Part shown: piece after piece, positions 50,001 through 60,379 of the stretch
Layout: the number at the start of each line of letters is the position of its first letter
Numbering within the stretch: position 1 is the first letter of the stretch
Source of the DNA: an uncultured Lachnospiraceae bacterium
Lineage (GTDB): Bacteria > Bacillota > Clostridia > Lachnospirales > Lachnospiraceae
DNA: 64,000 nucleotides
Assembly: GCA_947652735.1 (NCBI GenBank)
Contig: CANTEG010000015.1
Location: 2,165-66,164, forward strand
Reading direction: 5' to 3'
Translations under genes and position numbers: made by a program
Notes under the pieces: generated by a model
What the model was told of the DNA's origin: nothing
Database searches by the model: none
Seen by the model: only the letters and a program-made list of their open reading frames with translations

Positions 50001-50196
50001 ATTGCCTCCATGAATTAGGATGCTTTCATAGTATCAGTTTTAAATTATTTTGTCTAGCAGAAGCTGGGTAAATGAGCAAAAAAGAGCTGCCACTCATGGT
50101 CTGCATGAATACATGATTTTTATGTTACCATATATTCATACAAACAACTTTGTGTGGCAGCCTCATTGCTGTTATTTTGTAATAGCCCGATATGTT

Positions 50197-51798
50197 CTAG
50201 GATTTTACTACGATAAGTCTATCACCCTCCTTTATTACATCTGACTCCAAATTGTTTACCTTCCTGATTGACTCTGTTGTCGCATAATATTTTCTGGCAA
50301 TTGACCATATGGTATCGCCTTTTTTTACAATATAGCCTACGATTCCCGGCATGGATGCCTTTTTTTCATAATCAATATCACAAAGCTTCATGTCGGTTAT
50401 AACCTTGGAGGATGTTTTTGCAAATACTGATATGCCAAGGCTTACCTGTGCCTTAATTTCCAATTCCTCACTGTTAAGAAGATTTGCACCAAGCTGGTCT
50501 AAGCCTGGAACAATTCGTATAGACTCATCACCACAAAGTGGAACAGTTTCCACTACATATTCAAATGGCACATGTATGCTCATGCAGCTCATTGGGTCAT
50601 CACTGTTTGATATGTATAACACATTGCACTTAACGACGCCTGAAATAAATATGCTTCCATTTGCATCAGCCCCATTATCTCCGCCATCCTCATCCATCAC
50701 CTCATCCGGCTTTTCCGTCCTCACATCGTCTATGTCCACACTCCCGTATACATGGCATATCTGCAACAGCTTTGTGCTTTCCCCATTAATACGCTTCCTG
50801 TGGCTTACTTTTGCCTTTGCAACATTTCGCATCAGTAGATTTTCGTACTCAAACATTTCCGTTTCAGGTTCACACTCTACCTGCGGAGAATAAAGGTCAC
50901 TTAAAATCGTCACCTCTTTGTCCTCATACATTTTTATGCTCATGTCAACGCAGTATTCAACCCCTATAACTCTTGGCTCTCCGTCTGAATCCTGCCTTAC
51001 AACAACATCACCTTTTCCAAGGGTACAATTTGATTCAAGTATCATGCCTTCCTTTGCACCCTGACACTCTATTTCCTTTGTGATTGACCTTACGGAAAAC
51101 AGGTATTGAATAGGCAAATGTTCATCCTGACCCTTGTAAACAACAAATATCTCTACTTCTCCCCTTATCAGAAGCGAATTGTCTCCCGCCTTTGTCTCCA
51201 TATTGCGAAGCTCTACCGATGACCAAAGCACATTACATATATTGGGTTTACTTTTCGGTATATCTATATCCTCTTTTATTCGGAACACATCATGCTTACA
51301 TATGACAGTTTCAGTAAATGCCGTTTTCTTATACTGACATTCTATTCCCTGTGCATTTTCCAAATTGATGGCAGCATTTACCTTATCCTCCTTGAATACG
51401 CACACCTCATTTCCAATAAGCCCGCGAACCTCAAGCTTTCGTGAATTAATAACACTTACCGTCAAATCCTCTATCTGGCATCTGCTCTCTACCCTGTTTG
51501 CCTTTGTTACACCGTCAACATTTACGATATCCTCAAATGGTATTTCTCCTGTATATACCTCTAAATTTTGTTTATCCTTGTCTGTCTTGTACAATGCTTT
51601 AAAGAAAACCGTCCCCACGACCCGAACTTTTCCCTCGTCGGCAATTACATCATCCACAACAACACAGCCATCTGTCGCAATTATTTTTTCTATATCATCC
51701 TTGTAATCCGGAATATTGAAATCATCATCTATCGTAAGCTGAGAGTATTTTGAAGCCTTCAAAATACTGGTATGTATATCTTTCCTTATAAAATCCAT
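50197..51798 (-). CDS. Spore coat assembly protein (SPOCS/DUF3794 repeats plus C-terminal LysM), SipL-like
   Basis: Repeated SPOCS-like segments; YIVKKGDTIWSIARKY LysM. Confidence 0.88.
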   Translation of the reverse strand: MDFIRKDIHTSILKASKYSQLTIDDDFNIPDYKDDIEKIIATDGCVVVDDVIADEGKVRVVGTVFFKALYKTDKDKQNLEVYTGEIPFEDIVNVDGVTKANRVESRCQIEDLTVSVINSRKLEVRGLIGNEVCVFKEDKVNAAINLENAQGIECQYKKTAFTETVICKHDVFRIKEDIDIPKSKPNICNVLWSSVELRNMETKAGDNSLLIRGEVEIFVVYKGQDEHLPIQYLFSVRSITKEIECQGAKEGMILESNCTLGKGDVVVRQDSDGEPRVIGVEYCVDMSIKMYEDKEVTILSDLYSPQVECEPETEMFEYENLLMRNVAKAKVSHRKRINGESTKLLQICHVYGSVDIDDVRTEKPDEVMDEDGGDNGADANGSIFISGVVKCNVLYISNSDDPMSCMSIHVPFEYVVETVPLCGDESIRIVPGLDQLGANLLNSEELEIKAQVSLGISVFAKTSSKVITDMKLCDIDYEKKASMPGIVGYIVKKGDTIWSIARKYYATTESIRKVNNLESDVIKEGDRLIVVKS

Positions 51799-51881
51799 AC
51801 GACCTCCATACTACCCAATTTTAATTCTCTATGATTTATATATATTCCCAAATATTTTCTTTTATTCTTAAAATAACTTGC

Positions 51882-52364
51882 TTAGTCAACGTTAAACACG
51901 ACAGGCTTGTTTATTTTTTCGCATTTTATTACAATATACGGATACATGGATGGTGCTCCGATATTATTTGCGGCATCTGATTTTGTTCCCTCCTCCGTCC
52001 GCAAATCCGCATCGAAGTAAAGTGCATTTTCCGTTGAAAACAAATCGTTTACAACTACGCTGTAGGTTGCCCTGCTGTGCTCTCCGTATCCTACGGCAAT
52101 GTAAAGATACTCCCCGCTTATGTATGTTAATTTAAACATTTTCCCCTTTTTTTCTTCGATTATCTGTTTCAGCTCATCAGGCAGCCTCGTATCATCACAC
52201 ACTGTAAATTCAATATTTTTTCTCACCTCCTTGTCGCCTACACCCTTGCATCCGGTCAGCAAAGCTGATGTGATGCAAAACATAAACACCAAAACACTGA
52301 TAACTATTTTCTTTATACCAATCGCCACCCTTATGATTGGTCGGCAAATAATTTTTGCCGACAC
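51882..52364 (-). CDS. PrcB-C-terminal-domain lipoprotein
   Basis: LTGC lipobox; YIAVGYGE...PYIVIK. Start uncertain. Confidence 0.65.
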   Translation of the reverse strand: MSAKIICRPIIRVAIGIKKIVISVLVFMFCITSALLTGCKGVGDKEVRKNIEFTVCDDTRLPDELKQIIEEKKGKMFKLTYISGEYLYIAVGYGEHSRATYSVVVNDLFSTENALYFDADLRTEEGTKSDAANNIGAPSMYPYIVIKCEKINKPVVFNVD

Positions 52365-52478
52365 ATCTTTTAAACCATAATATGACTGATTCGTGAAAAT
52401 AATTCCTTTTTAAATACATATAGGCTGCCGCACTTTTCACACAACAGCCCCTAAGAAATAAAAACTTTATTTATGATT

Positions 52479-53240
52479 TTAAAAGGACTTATCCACAAAT
52501 GGAATTGCTTTATGAATTAATGTTATATCCTCGGTCTTGTCATATGTGATTGCAATATTTACATTTACCTTTTCACCATCCTGATAAACATATTCATTTA
52601 TGTCACTGCTATACGCATAAACACATATGCCGTCCTCAAGCTCAATGCGTTTAATTTCTGTGGCATCCATACTCTTGATAAACGCATTTATTTCCGTTTC
52701 TATTTCTGTATCTACAAGTTTTCCCTTATTCTGTGTACAAATATAAATATTTGTATTTGCTTTCATGCCAAGGTCATTACAAAGCTTGGTAAGCTTTTCC
52801 TTGTAATCATACACAGCCTGTCCTGCGGAACCCTTAAGCTCTATATCAATCAGCACATAATTTTCCCATGTCTGCTGCCCATAATCATCTGTTACAGCAA
52901 TGGAAATAAGCCTTATGGTTGTGTCTCCCTGCTTTCCCTGCTTGGATAATTCCGTTGTCTCATTGTCCTTATCACTTCTGTGATTTATTTCATAACCGGA
53001 AGTAATTCCTAAATTCCTCGCAAGCTTTTTTACCATTGTCTCCTTGGCACTCGCCCCAATTTCTTCCTCACCGTAAAATGCATATGCTCTCACGCTGCCC
53101 TCCGTCAGATTTTCAACGCCCTGACTCATTGCCTCCGTAACCATTCTCTTTTCCCTGTTCACAGATGCATTAATAAAAAGTTGAATTAAAACTGCCGCCC
53201 AAATAAGGGCAAGTAAGTATATTTTAGATCTCCTATTCAA
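52479..53240 (-). CDS. YwmB-like protein
   Basis: N-terminal TM; C-terminal KVNVNIAITYD...IPFVDKSF; sporulation-gene context. Confidence 0.6.
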   Translation of the reverse strand: MNRRSKIYLLALIWAAVLIQLFINASVNREKRMVTEAMSQGVENLTEGSVRAYAFYGEEEIGASAKETMVKKLARNLGITSGYEINHRSDKDNETTELSKQGKQGDTTIRLISIAVTDDYGQQTWENYVLIDIELKGSAGQAVYDYKEKLTKLCNDLGMKANTNIYICTQNKGKLVDTEIETEINAFIKSMDATEIKRIELEDGICVYAYSSDINEYVYQDGEKVNVNIAITYDKTEDITLIHKAIPFVDKSF

Positions 53241-53462
53241 AACAAAAACCTCCTAAAAATAATTTGCATAGCCATGAGCATAACTATATTTTACTCATCT
53301 CTATAATTCTTATATAAAGATTATTGACACTTGTTTTTTAAAAAATACGTCTGTAACATAACATACATAGGCACAGTGAAATTATAGGTTCATTTAAGCT
53401 GGGATGTTGGTTTGCAATAAATTACAAATGTATGATATACTGTCATCAGATAGGAGTAATTT

Positions 53463-54179
53463 ATGGAACGCTTAAAAACTTATATAGAAAATATAACAAA
53501 CGGAGCACATACGCTGACAGGTGAGCAGCTTGAGCAATTTGACACATTTTATAAAATGCTCATTGAGCAAAATAAGGTGATGAACCTGACTGCAATAACA
53601 GAGCGGGATGATGTTATTTTGAAGCATTTTATAGACAGTATTGCACTTGCGGGATATTTTGACTTGTCAAAAAGCAGGAATGTCATTGATGTTGGAACAG
53701 GTGCCGGTTTTCCCGGACTTCCCCTTAAAATAGCATTTCCGTGGCTAAATGTAACCTTGTATGATTCTCTCAACAAGCGGGTCAATTTTCTTTTAAAGGT
53801 TATAGACACCCTGTCTCTTAAAGACTGCACCGCCTTACATGGACGGGCAGAGGACGGTGGAAAGGATAAGCAGCTTCGGGAACATTTTGACTTAGCTGTT
53901 TCAAGAGCAGTAGCAAACATGTCCGTATTATCCGAATATTGTCTTCCATTTGTAAAGATAAACGGATATTTTATTCCATACAAAACTGATTCTGTTGCAG
54001 AAGAATTGAAAAACGCAAAAAAAGCCATAACAATTCTTGGCGGAACCCATGAAAAAACGGTCACACTTACCCTTCCTGATTCGGATATCGGAAGAAGCCT
54101 TGCTTTTATTAAAAAAATCAAAAAAACACCTGCTCTTTATCCACGGAAAGCAGGGACAGCAAGCAAACAGCCCCTTTAA
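53463..54179 (+). CDS. rsmG: 16S rRNA m7G527 methyltransferase
   Basis: MNLTAI, KHFIDS, DVGTGAGFPG, SRAVA, YPRKAG. Confidence 0.93.
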   Translation: MERLKTYIENITNGAHTLTGEQLEQFDTFYKMLIEQNKVMNLTAITERDDVILKHFIDSIALAGYFDLSKSRNVIDVGTGAGFPGLPLKIAFPWLNVTLYDSLNKRVNFLLKVIDTLSLKDCTALHGRAEDGGKDKQLREHFDLAVSRAVANMSVLSEYCLPFVKINGYFIPYKTDSVAEELKNAKKAITILGGTHEKTVTLTLPDSDIGRSLAFIKKIKKTPALYPRKAGTASKQPL

Positions 54180-54196
54180 TCAAAGGGGCTGTCTGC

Positions 54197-55168
54197 TTAC
54201 TGTTCGGATAAATGTCTTTTCTTTTTTATATGTCTTTTTTCCTGACGCTTTTCTCTTAATTCATTTTGTCTTTCTCTGATATTTTCCATTCCCACTTTAT
54301 CTGTTGGAAGCATTGTCTTTATAGCAAATACTTTACCATCTTTTGTCTGTTTAAAACGAATTCTGCCTGCCACCAATCCATGATACCAACAGCGGCCTAC
54401 ACATGCATAAGCGTTTTGCGAATTCACAAACCATTTTATCTTTTTTGATGTCTTCTTGCCGCATTTATAACATCTTATTGTTAATAATTCCTTGTCAGAC
54501 AAAGCCTCCGCCTTGTCTTCAAACACCCTTGTAATATGTTCCATATAATGCTTATGATAGGATATAATCTCTTCATCCTTCTCCATTGGCACATTGTAAA
54601 CGTCATAGGTGTATCGGTCGTCTAAATCCTTCGGTTTTATTTTTGCCAGAATTCTGCCAGTATAGTATGCATCATTTACCGCTGAATGGAACGGTCTGTC
54701 TATTTCCAAATTCATATGGGCAACTGCTTTCTCCAGCTTGGATATCTGACCATCCTCGCTTGCAACATCTGCATATATCTGCTGGACATTATAATATTTA
54801 AGCGGCTTCTCCAGTTGCTTCATGTAGTAATAATCCATGTTATTCTGAAGATAACTCAAATCCATAGTTCCCCATGTACAGAATATATAATCCTCGCCAC
54901 ACCATTTTATAAACTCCCTACAAACCATATCAAAAGGACGCCCTTTTTTCAACGTTGCTTCATCATAATTTAGTATCGCTTTAATATGAGGTTGAAGCTT
55001 TTTATACAATCTTGGCTTTATTATGCTTGAATAGAAATCTGTAATATTAAATTTTTCATCGAGCTTCACAGCTCCGATTTCGATTATCTCAAATGGCATC
55101 CGCGGGTTTTCATGTTCATGTCCCCCATAGCATTGATTCCATTCAAGGTCTAAAACTATATAGTTCAT
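54197..55168 (-). CDS. DEDDh 3'-5' exonuclease-domain protein with C-terminal Cys/His extension
   Basis: VLDLEWN, EIIEIGAV, HSAVNDA. Confidence 0.85.
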   Translation of the reverse strand: MNYIVLDLEWNQCYGGHEHENPRMPFEIIEIGAVKLDEKFNITDFYSSIIKPRLYKKLQPHIKAILNYDEATLKKGRPFDMVCREFIKWCGEDYIFCTWGTMDLSYLQNNMDYYYMKQLEKPLKYYNVQQIYADVASEDGQISKLEKAVAHMNLEIDRPFHSAVNDAYYTGRILAKIKPKDLDDRYTYDVYNVPMEKDEEIISYHKHYMEHITRVFEDKAEALSDKELLTIRCYKCGKKTSKKIKWFVNSQNAYACVGRCWYHGLVAGRIRFKQTKDGKVFAIKTMLPTDKVGMENIRERQNELREKRQEKRHIKKKRHLSEQ

Positions 55169-55189
55169 ACATCATTCCTGCCATGTGGA

Positions 55190-56851
55190 CTATAATTCCA
55201 TCATTCGTAAATGCGGATATCGTGCCACTCCTTGTTCTTTATTGTCTTCCCTGGATTTTTGGTAAATATCATTAAGCTCTGTATGTCCTTCATTCAGCTT
55301 TCGGTAAATATCGTCCAACTCCGTATCTTCATCACCGAGCCTCTGATAAATTCCGTCAAATGCTGTATCATCATCCAACCTTCGATAAATTCCATCAAAT
55401 TCCATGTCATCATCATCCAGTCGTTGATAAATTCCATCAAATTCCGAATCATTATAATCGGCCTTAAAATATCTTCTTTCGTTCCCTATATCATCATCCC
55501 GATAAGCACCATCCGTTCTTGTGCCATTCGCATTGGGATAAACTTTCTCGAACATTGTATTATCAAATCTTCGGTAATCCTTGTCAGATGTCATATCTTC
55601 CGTTGCTGCTTCTTCAGACTTTCCATAACCGTCCTTAAAATTATCTGACTGTTGGTAATTTTTTTCAAACCCTGCTTCTTCAAACTTCGGATACTCATCC
55701 TCAAACCATATATCGTCATCGTCCAGCTCACGATAACTTTCCTCAGAGCCCCGATAGCTGTCAAATCTTATATCATCATCGGCAATCTCACGATAATTTC
55801 CATCTGGTACGACTTCATCCGTCTCTTGATAACGTTCCTCAAAATTTGTGTTGTCATCCTCCCAAGTATCCACTTCAAAATCTATGTCCTCATCCGACAT
55901 TTGATTTTTCTCTTTAAAGTTCATGCTGTCGTCTGATTTTTTGTCAGCTTCATTGAAAGCCATCTCATTATTTGGCTTTCGATTATTCTCTTCGAAACCC
56001 ATTCCATTATCTATGTTTCGTGCTGTGTCCTCAAAATTCATTCCATCACTTAGCTCTTGGTTTACTTCCCCGAAACCCGTATTTTCATCTGTGCTTCGTG
56101 CAGCGTTCCCAAAATCCATATCGTCATCTGATTTGTTGTTAGCTTCTTCAAAACCCACCTTATTATCTATATTTCGGTCAGTTCCTTCGAAATCCGCTTC
56201 GTCATCTGACTTTGGGGTTGGATAACCACCCTCAAGCTTTCTATGGGATTTTATTGCATCCTCAAGCTTCTGATATTCATTCCTGAACTCTGCATATTCT
56301 GCATCAACATCTGCTTTGCTCTCCTCAAGCCGCTTCTGCATTTCATTTAATATCTCAATGGACTCATCCTGGGACTTTGCATTTGCTGCCGCCATCTGTG
56401 CAAGCAGAACTGCAATTCTCTCATTGCTGTTTACCATCTTAGTCGTATTGTCCATATCCTTTTTAATAAACAGCTTTGCCAACAGCTTATCCTGCTCCAT
56501 GAGTTGCTCTGTCATTCTTTCATTTTCGTCTTTCATATCAAGCACCACATCGATAATGGCTGACATACTCTGTCCTCTTGATATTTCCTCACGCTTTGCG
56601 ACTGAATAGATTCCCTTTTCCACCTTTGTAAGCTCATTTTGCTTGTCAATATTAATGGAAACAACCTCATCAACCTTTGCAAGAATTCCATCAACAAGAA
56701 AATAGGTGTCCACAATAACAATAAGTGAAACAGCTATAATAAGCTCTATGTTAGAAGCCGCTGCAAATATTAAATACATATCAACCAAAAAAGCAGCAAC
56801 AAATGCAACTGCACTAATTGTAAGTATTGATTGCGATCTTCCCGATTTCAT
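55190..56851 (-). CDS. Hypothetical protein: 2 TM, coiled coil, long acidic repeat tail
   Basis: Long ORF with a GGAGG-like RBS; D/E/F-rich repeats. Confidence 0.75.
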   Translation of the reverse strand: MKSGRSQSILTISAVAFVAAFLVDMYLIFAAASNIELIIAVSLIVIVDTYFLVDGILAKVDEVVSINIDKQNELTKVEKGIYSVAKREEISRGQSMSAIIDVVLDMKDENERMTEQLMEQDKLLAKLFIKKDMDNTTKMVNSNERIAVLLAQMAAANAKSQDESIEILNEMQKRLEESKADVDAEYAEFRNEYQKLEDAIKSHRKLEGGYPTPKSDDEADFEGTDRNIDNKVGFEEANNKSDDDMDFGNAARSTDENTGFGEVNQELSDGMNFEDTARNIDNGMGFEENNRKPNNEMAFNEADKKSDDSMNFKEKNQMSDEDIDFEVDTWEDDNTNFEERYQETDEVVPDGNYREIADDDIRFDSYRGSEESYRELDDDDIWFEDEYPKFEEAGFEKNYQQSDNFKDGYGKSEEAATEDMTSDKDYRRFDNTMFEKVYPNANGTRTDGAYRDDDIGNERRYFKADYNDSEFDGIYQRLDDDDMEFDGIYRRLDDDTAFDGIYQRLGDEDTELDDIYRKLNEGHTELNDIYQKSREDNKEQGVARYPHLRMMEL

Positions 56852-56958
56852 CTGTACCCTCCGAATTTAGAGTTATAATAACTCTTCCTATTATTTAAAA
56901 CTAATACTACAAATAATATCACAACAAGTTCAATTTTGCAATAAGTGCTGTAGGTGCT

Positions 56959-58308
56959 TTAGTGCGACAGCTTTTTCATCCTGCCACGCTTGTCATAACT
57001 TATCGTTATCTCGATTTTTTCAGGTATGGAGGATACAACCTCATAATTTTCACCTTTCACCACTCCATAAAGACCACCGTATTTTCCCTCCGTTATTGCC
57101 CTTACGTTTTCCAGACCATATCCATGGTATAGCTCCCAAAATTCATTTTTTTCAAGCTGTTTTTTAGGAACAATAGGGTTGATGGTATGTATGATTAGAT
57201 TTTTGTTGTGCATATAAATGCGTAATTTGACAAAACGCGTCCTGACAGACTGTATCTGCATACATGCTTTTATGCTGTTATTTAACATATTTCCAAGTAT
57301 AATACACAAGTCATAATCCTCAATGGGAAGTTTCATGTTTGATATGGAAATAGCGGTTTCCATTTGTATGTCCTCCTGTTCGGCAACTGAAACATAATGA
57401 CTTACAAGTGCATCAATGACAAGATTGCCTGTATTTATTTTTGTGTAACTGTTTTCCAGGTTATCGACAAGCTGCTTCATATAATCAGCGGCAGCCTGAT
57501 ACTGTTCTTTTTTAATACAGGCATCAATAAAAAAGTAATGCTCCTTTACATCGTGCACAATATGTCTGGTGTTCTTGTATGCACCGGAAAGCTGCTCGTA
57601 TCTTTCCTGCTGAAGAACGACGTTTGTCTGTTCCCTTGCATACTTTAGCTTTAAATCCGCAAGCTGGAGTACGTTGTCAAAAAGAACAAAATTAACAATA
57701 TTGATTACGATGATGCCAATAATCAGAAATAAAAAAAATGTTGTTGCACTTTCCAGAGTAAGAATTTCCAATGGAATAGACATCGGTATGGAAATCGTTA
57801 TAAAAGGTATGACAAATACGAGAAGCTTGTACTTTTTTGTGTATGATTTGGAATGTCTGTTCCAAAATATATTCGACGCATATGTAAATATAAGGACAAA
57901 TAGTTCCATGCCTGCCGTCACAAAATTATCAAGCATCAGAGGACTTATGTTAAATAGCTCCCTGTTGAATACGGATACTATAATCACAAACAAAATTTCT
58001 CCCATTACGGTAAATGCTACATAAATAATGGATGAAAATATATGCTGTAATAAGGACCCCTTATAAAGATTTGATAATACAAAGGCAGTTAAAAAACTGA
58101 TTCCTGTAGTTATTATCGTTTTGTAAAAACCAGTGTCCCCCGTAAAAGCCAATTTATTTGCATACAAAATAATCTGCACTAAGATATAAGAAACAGGTAC
58201 AAGAACATGAGGAATTTTCGAGTATTTATTTTTAAATACGGTTTTAAAGTAAATGTATTGCACAAATGCGTCAAATATGGCTGAAAGCACAGATAAAAAA
58301 ATTTCCAT
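56959..58308 (-). CDS. GHKL (AgrC/VirS-like) sensor histidine kinase
   Basis: Multi-TM N-terminus; HIVHDVKEH, NTGNLVIDA, LGNMLNNSIKA, HGYGLENV. Confidence 0.9.
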   Translation of the reverse strand: MEIFLSVLSAIFDAFVQYIYFKTVFKNKYSKIPHVLVPVSYILVQIILYANKLAFTGDTGFYKTIITTGISFLTAFVLSNLYKGSLLQHIFSSIIYVAFTVMGEILFVIIVSVFNRELFNISPLMLDNFVTAGMELFVLIFTYASNIFWNRHSKSYTKKYKLLVFVIPFITISIPMSIPLEILTLESATTFFLFLIIGIIVINIVNFVLFDNVLQLADLKLKYAREQTNVVLQQERYEQLSGAYKNTRHIVHDVKEHYFFIDACIKKEQYQAAADYMKQLVDNLENSYTKINTGNLVIDALVSHYVSVAEQEDIQMETAISISNMKLPIEDYDLCIILGNMLNNSIKACMQIQSVRTRFVKLRIYMHNKNLIIHTINPIVPKKQLEKNEFWELYHGYGLENVRAITEGKYGGLYGVVKGENYEVVSSIPEKIEITISYDKRGRMKKLSH

Positions 58309-58323
58309 TTTATAATCTCCGGT

Positions 58324-59058
58324 TTAGTTTATTTTTAGTTCAGTCACATTGTTTAACAGTCTTGCATAGATTGCGGATGCATATTTACGGCTTAATGGCA
58401 GGGATGTTCCATTGTTAAGCGTTATTTTATTGTTATTTACCTGATGTATGTGTCTGATGTTTACAAGTATACTGCGGAAACATTGCCAAAAACCATAAGG
58501 CTCAAGTTTCTTTATCCAATCGGTTAGTATACCTGATGTGACAATTATTTCTTTTAGCGTATGAAATATAAGCTCGTTTCTTTTGCCATATGAAATCTCA
58601 ATAAAAAGAATATCCGATACATGTATCAGCGCTTCTGATAAATCCGTTTTAATCAGAGTTACCATATTGGAGGTATCTGTAATTTCATCTAGCAGACTGT
58701 CAAGTATACGGCAAAAATCCTCATACGCTATGGGCTTGCACATATAGTAAAAGGGATGAACAAGAAAGCTGTCCTGCATATATTGCGGGTAGCTGCTTAT
58801 AAATATAATGTTTACGTGCTTGTCATATTGTTGTTTTAGTTTTTTTGCAGTATCAAGACCATTTATGCCCGGCAGCTCCACATCAAGAAGTACAAGCTCA
58901 AAGCCCTGAATATTTGGGGACGCCAGAAGAGAAACTCCATCGTCAAAACAGGTAATATTAAAATCAATATCTTTTTCAAATTGATATTCAAGGAGAAAAG
59001 CCTTTAATTTTTCCTGCATTTCCTTATTATCGTCACATATTGCAACATTTAGTAACAT
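58324..59058 (-). CDS. LytTR-family response regulator (AgrA/VirR-like)
   Basis: VAICDDN, LLDVELPG, CFRSILVN, LPLSRKY. Confidence 0.92.
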   Translation of the reverse strand: MLLNVAICDDNKEMQEKLKAFLLEYQFEKDIDFNITCFDDGVSLLASPNIQGFELVLLDVELPGINGLDTAKKLKQQYDKHVNIIFISSYPQYMQDSFLVHPFYYMCKPIAYEDFCRILDSLLDEITDTSNMVTLIKTDLSEALIHVSDILFIEISYGKRNELIFHTLKEIIVTSGILTDWIKKLEPYGFWQCFRSILVNIRHIHQVNNNKITLNNGTSLPLSRKYASAIYARLLNNVTELKIN

Positions 59059-59215
59059 GACTATTCCTTCCTTCCGTATATTCCGATTAATTAAAATACC
59101 TGTCGACTAGGAAACAGCTATTAAGGCAAGGCTTAAATGATTGTCCATACAGTACAGACCCTTGTTCTTATAGTAGCATAACACAAATAAAAGAGAAAGT
59201 GCTTTATCAGATTCC

Positions 59216-59358
59216 CTGCATTCGTTATTGGAAATATTGGGCATATATTCACACTGTTGTCCGCATTATGTATGAATTAAGCTCTAAAATGCATTTCATG
59301 TACGTTTTTTTACCTCTTATGCAAAAATCAGAATTTTTAAAATAAAAAAATGTATAAT
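59216..59358 (+). repeat. Duplicated promoter block, copy 1, with LytTR-type direct repeat
   Basis: Near-identical to 61693-61835; GCATTTCAT(59291)-N12-ACCTCTTAT-N32-TATAAT(59353); no -35 consensus. Confidence 0.85.
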
Positions 59359-59534
59359 TAGTGCACATCATATGATATGGCAACATAAGATTTTGAGACG
59401 GAATTAAGAGTGAGACCATTTAAAGGAGGGAGGCAGAAAAAAGATTAGAATTGAATTAGTAAATATGATTTGTCACTGTTGAAAAAAATGAAACAGCTTA
59501 CATGAAAGATGCATTTTGAAAGGGGATTAAAGCT

Positions 59535-60368
59535 ATGAATGTTAACAAAATGAAAAACAATATGTTTATTATTTTATTTGCAGTTGTCTTTTGCTTCATT
59601 TTTCCGTCAAATGTGCAGGCACAGGACAAGGACACGGAGGAGGAAATAAAGGAACAGATATTGAAGGAATTTGAAAATAACGGGGAATTTGCAAGGATGC
59701 AGGCTTACAGCAGTGAGATTGCAGACGCTTATATTGATGAATTGGTAAAAGACCGGATAAATCAGATGAATGAGGCATCACCACTGGCAACAGATACCTA
59801 TGGAAAAACCGCTTATTGCACTGTTCCTGTAAAAAAACAGACAACAACATCAAACTGTTCCGCTGCAACTTTATTACAGACAATGTATGGTCTGGGAAAA
59901 CAAAGCAGCATATCAGGAAGCACCGATGCACAAAAAATGGCAACCTTGTACAATCGGTACGATAACGCAAGTGCCCCGGGGGCAAGACATGAAAACAGCA
60001 CAGGTCCATTATATGTATACGAGATTGCATTATACTTAAATGGTTTTGTATCAAGCCACAAGTATACATATGTAGATGTGAGGGGGCAGGGGGTATCACA
60101 GCCCCAGTTTCAGAATAAAATATGGGACAGTCTTGTGCACGGCAGACCGATCCTTTTACATGCAATCACAAGCCCATTGTCATATTACAACGGAGCATAC
60201 TATGCACATTATTTGTCATTAGATTCCTATAACAGAGAAACAGGTACAGTTACAATTAAGGATTGTCATTATGATACAAGATATGGCGGTGCCCATCAGG
60301 TTTCTGTTAAGGATGCGTATAACTCTGTAACAATAGAAACTGGCAGGTATCTTATATATGGGCAGTAA
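59535..60368 (+). CDS. Secreted papain-fold cysteine peptidase (C39-like)
   Basis: Signal peptide ending VQA; KKQTTTSNCSAAT (Q...C), GRPILLH, AHYLSL (H), IKD (D). Confidence 0.75.
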   Translation: MNVNKMKNNMFIILFAVVFCFIFPSNVQAQDKDTEEEIKEQILKEFENNGEFARMQAYSSEIADAYIDELVKDRINQMNEASPLATDTYGKTAYCTVPVKKQTTTSNCSAATLLQTMYGLGKQSSISGSTDAQKMATLYNRYDNASAPGARHENSTGPLYVYEIALYLNGFVSSHKYTYVDVRGQGVSQPQFQNKIWDSLVHGRPILLHAITSPLSYYNGAYYAHYLSLDSYNRETGTVTIKDCHYDTRYGGAHQVSVKDAYNSVTIETGRYLIYGQ

Positions 60369-60379
60369 AGGAGTTGTTT

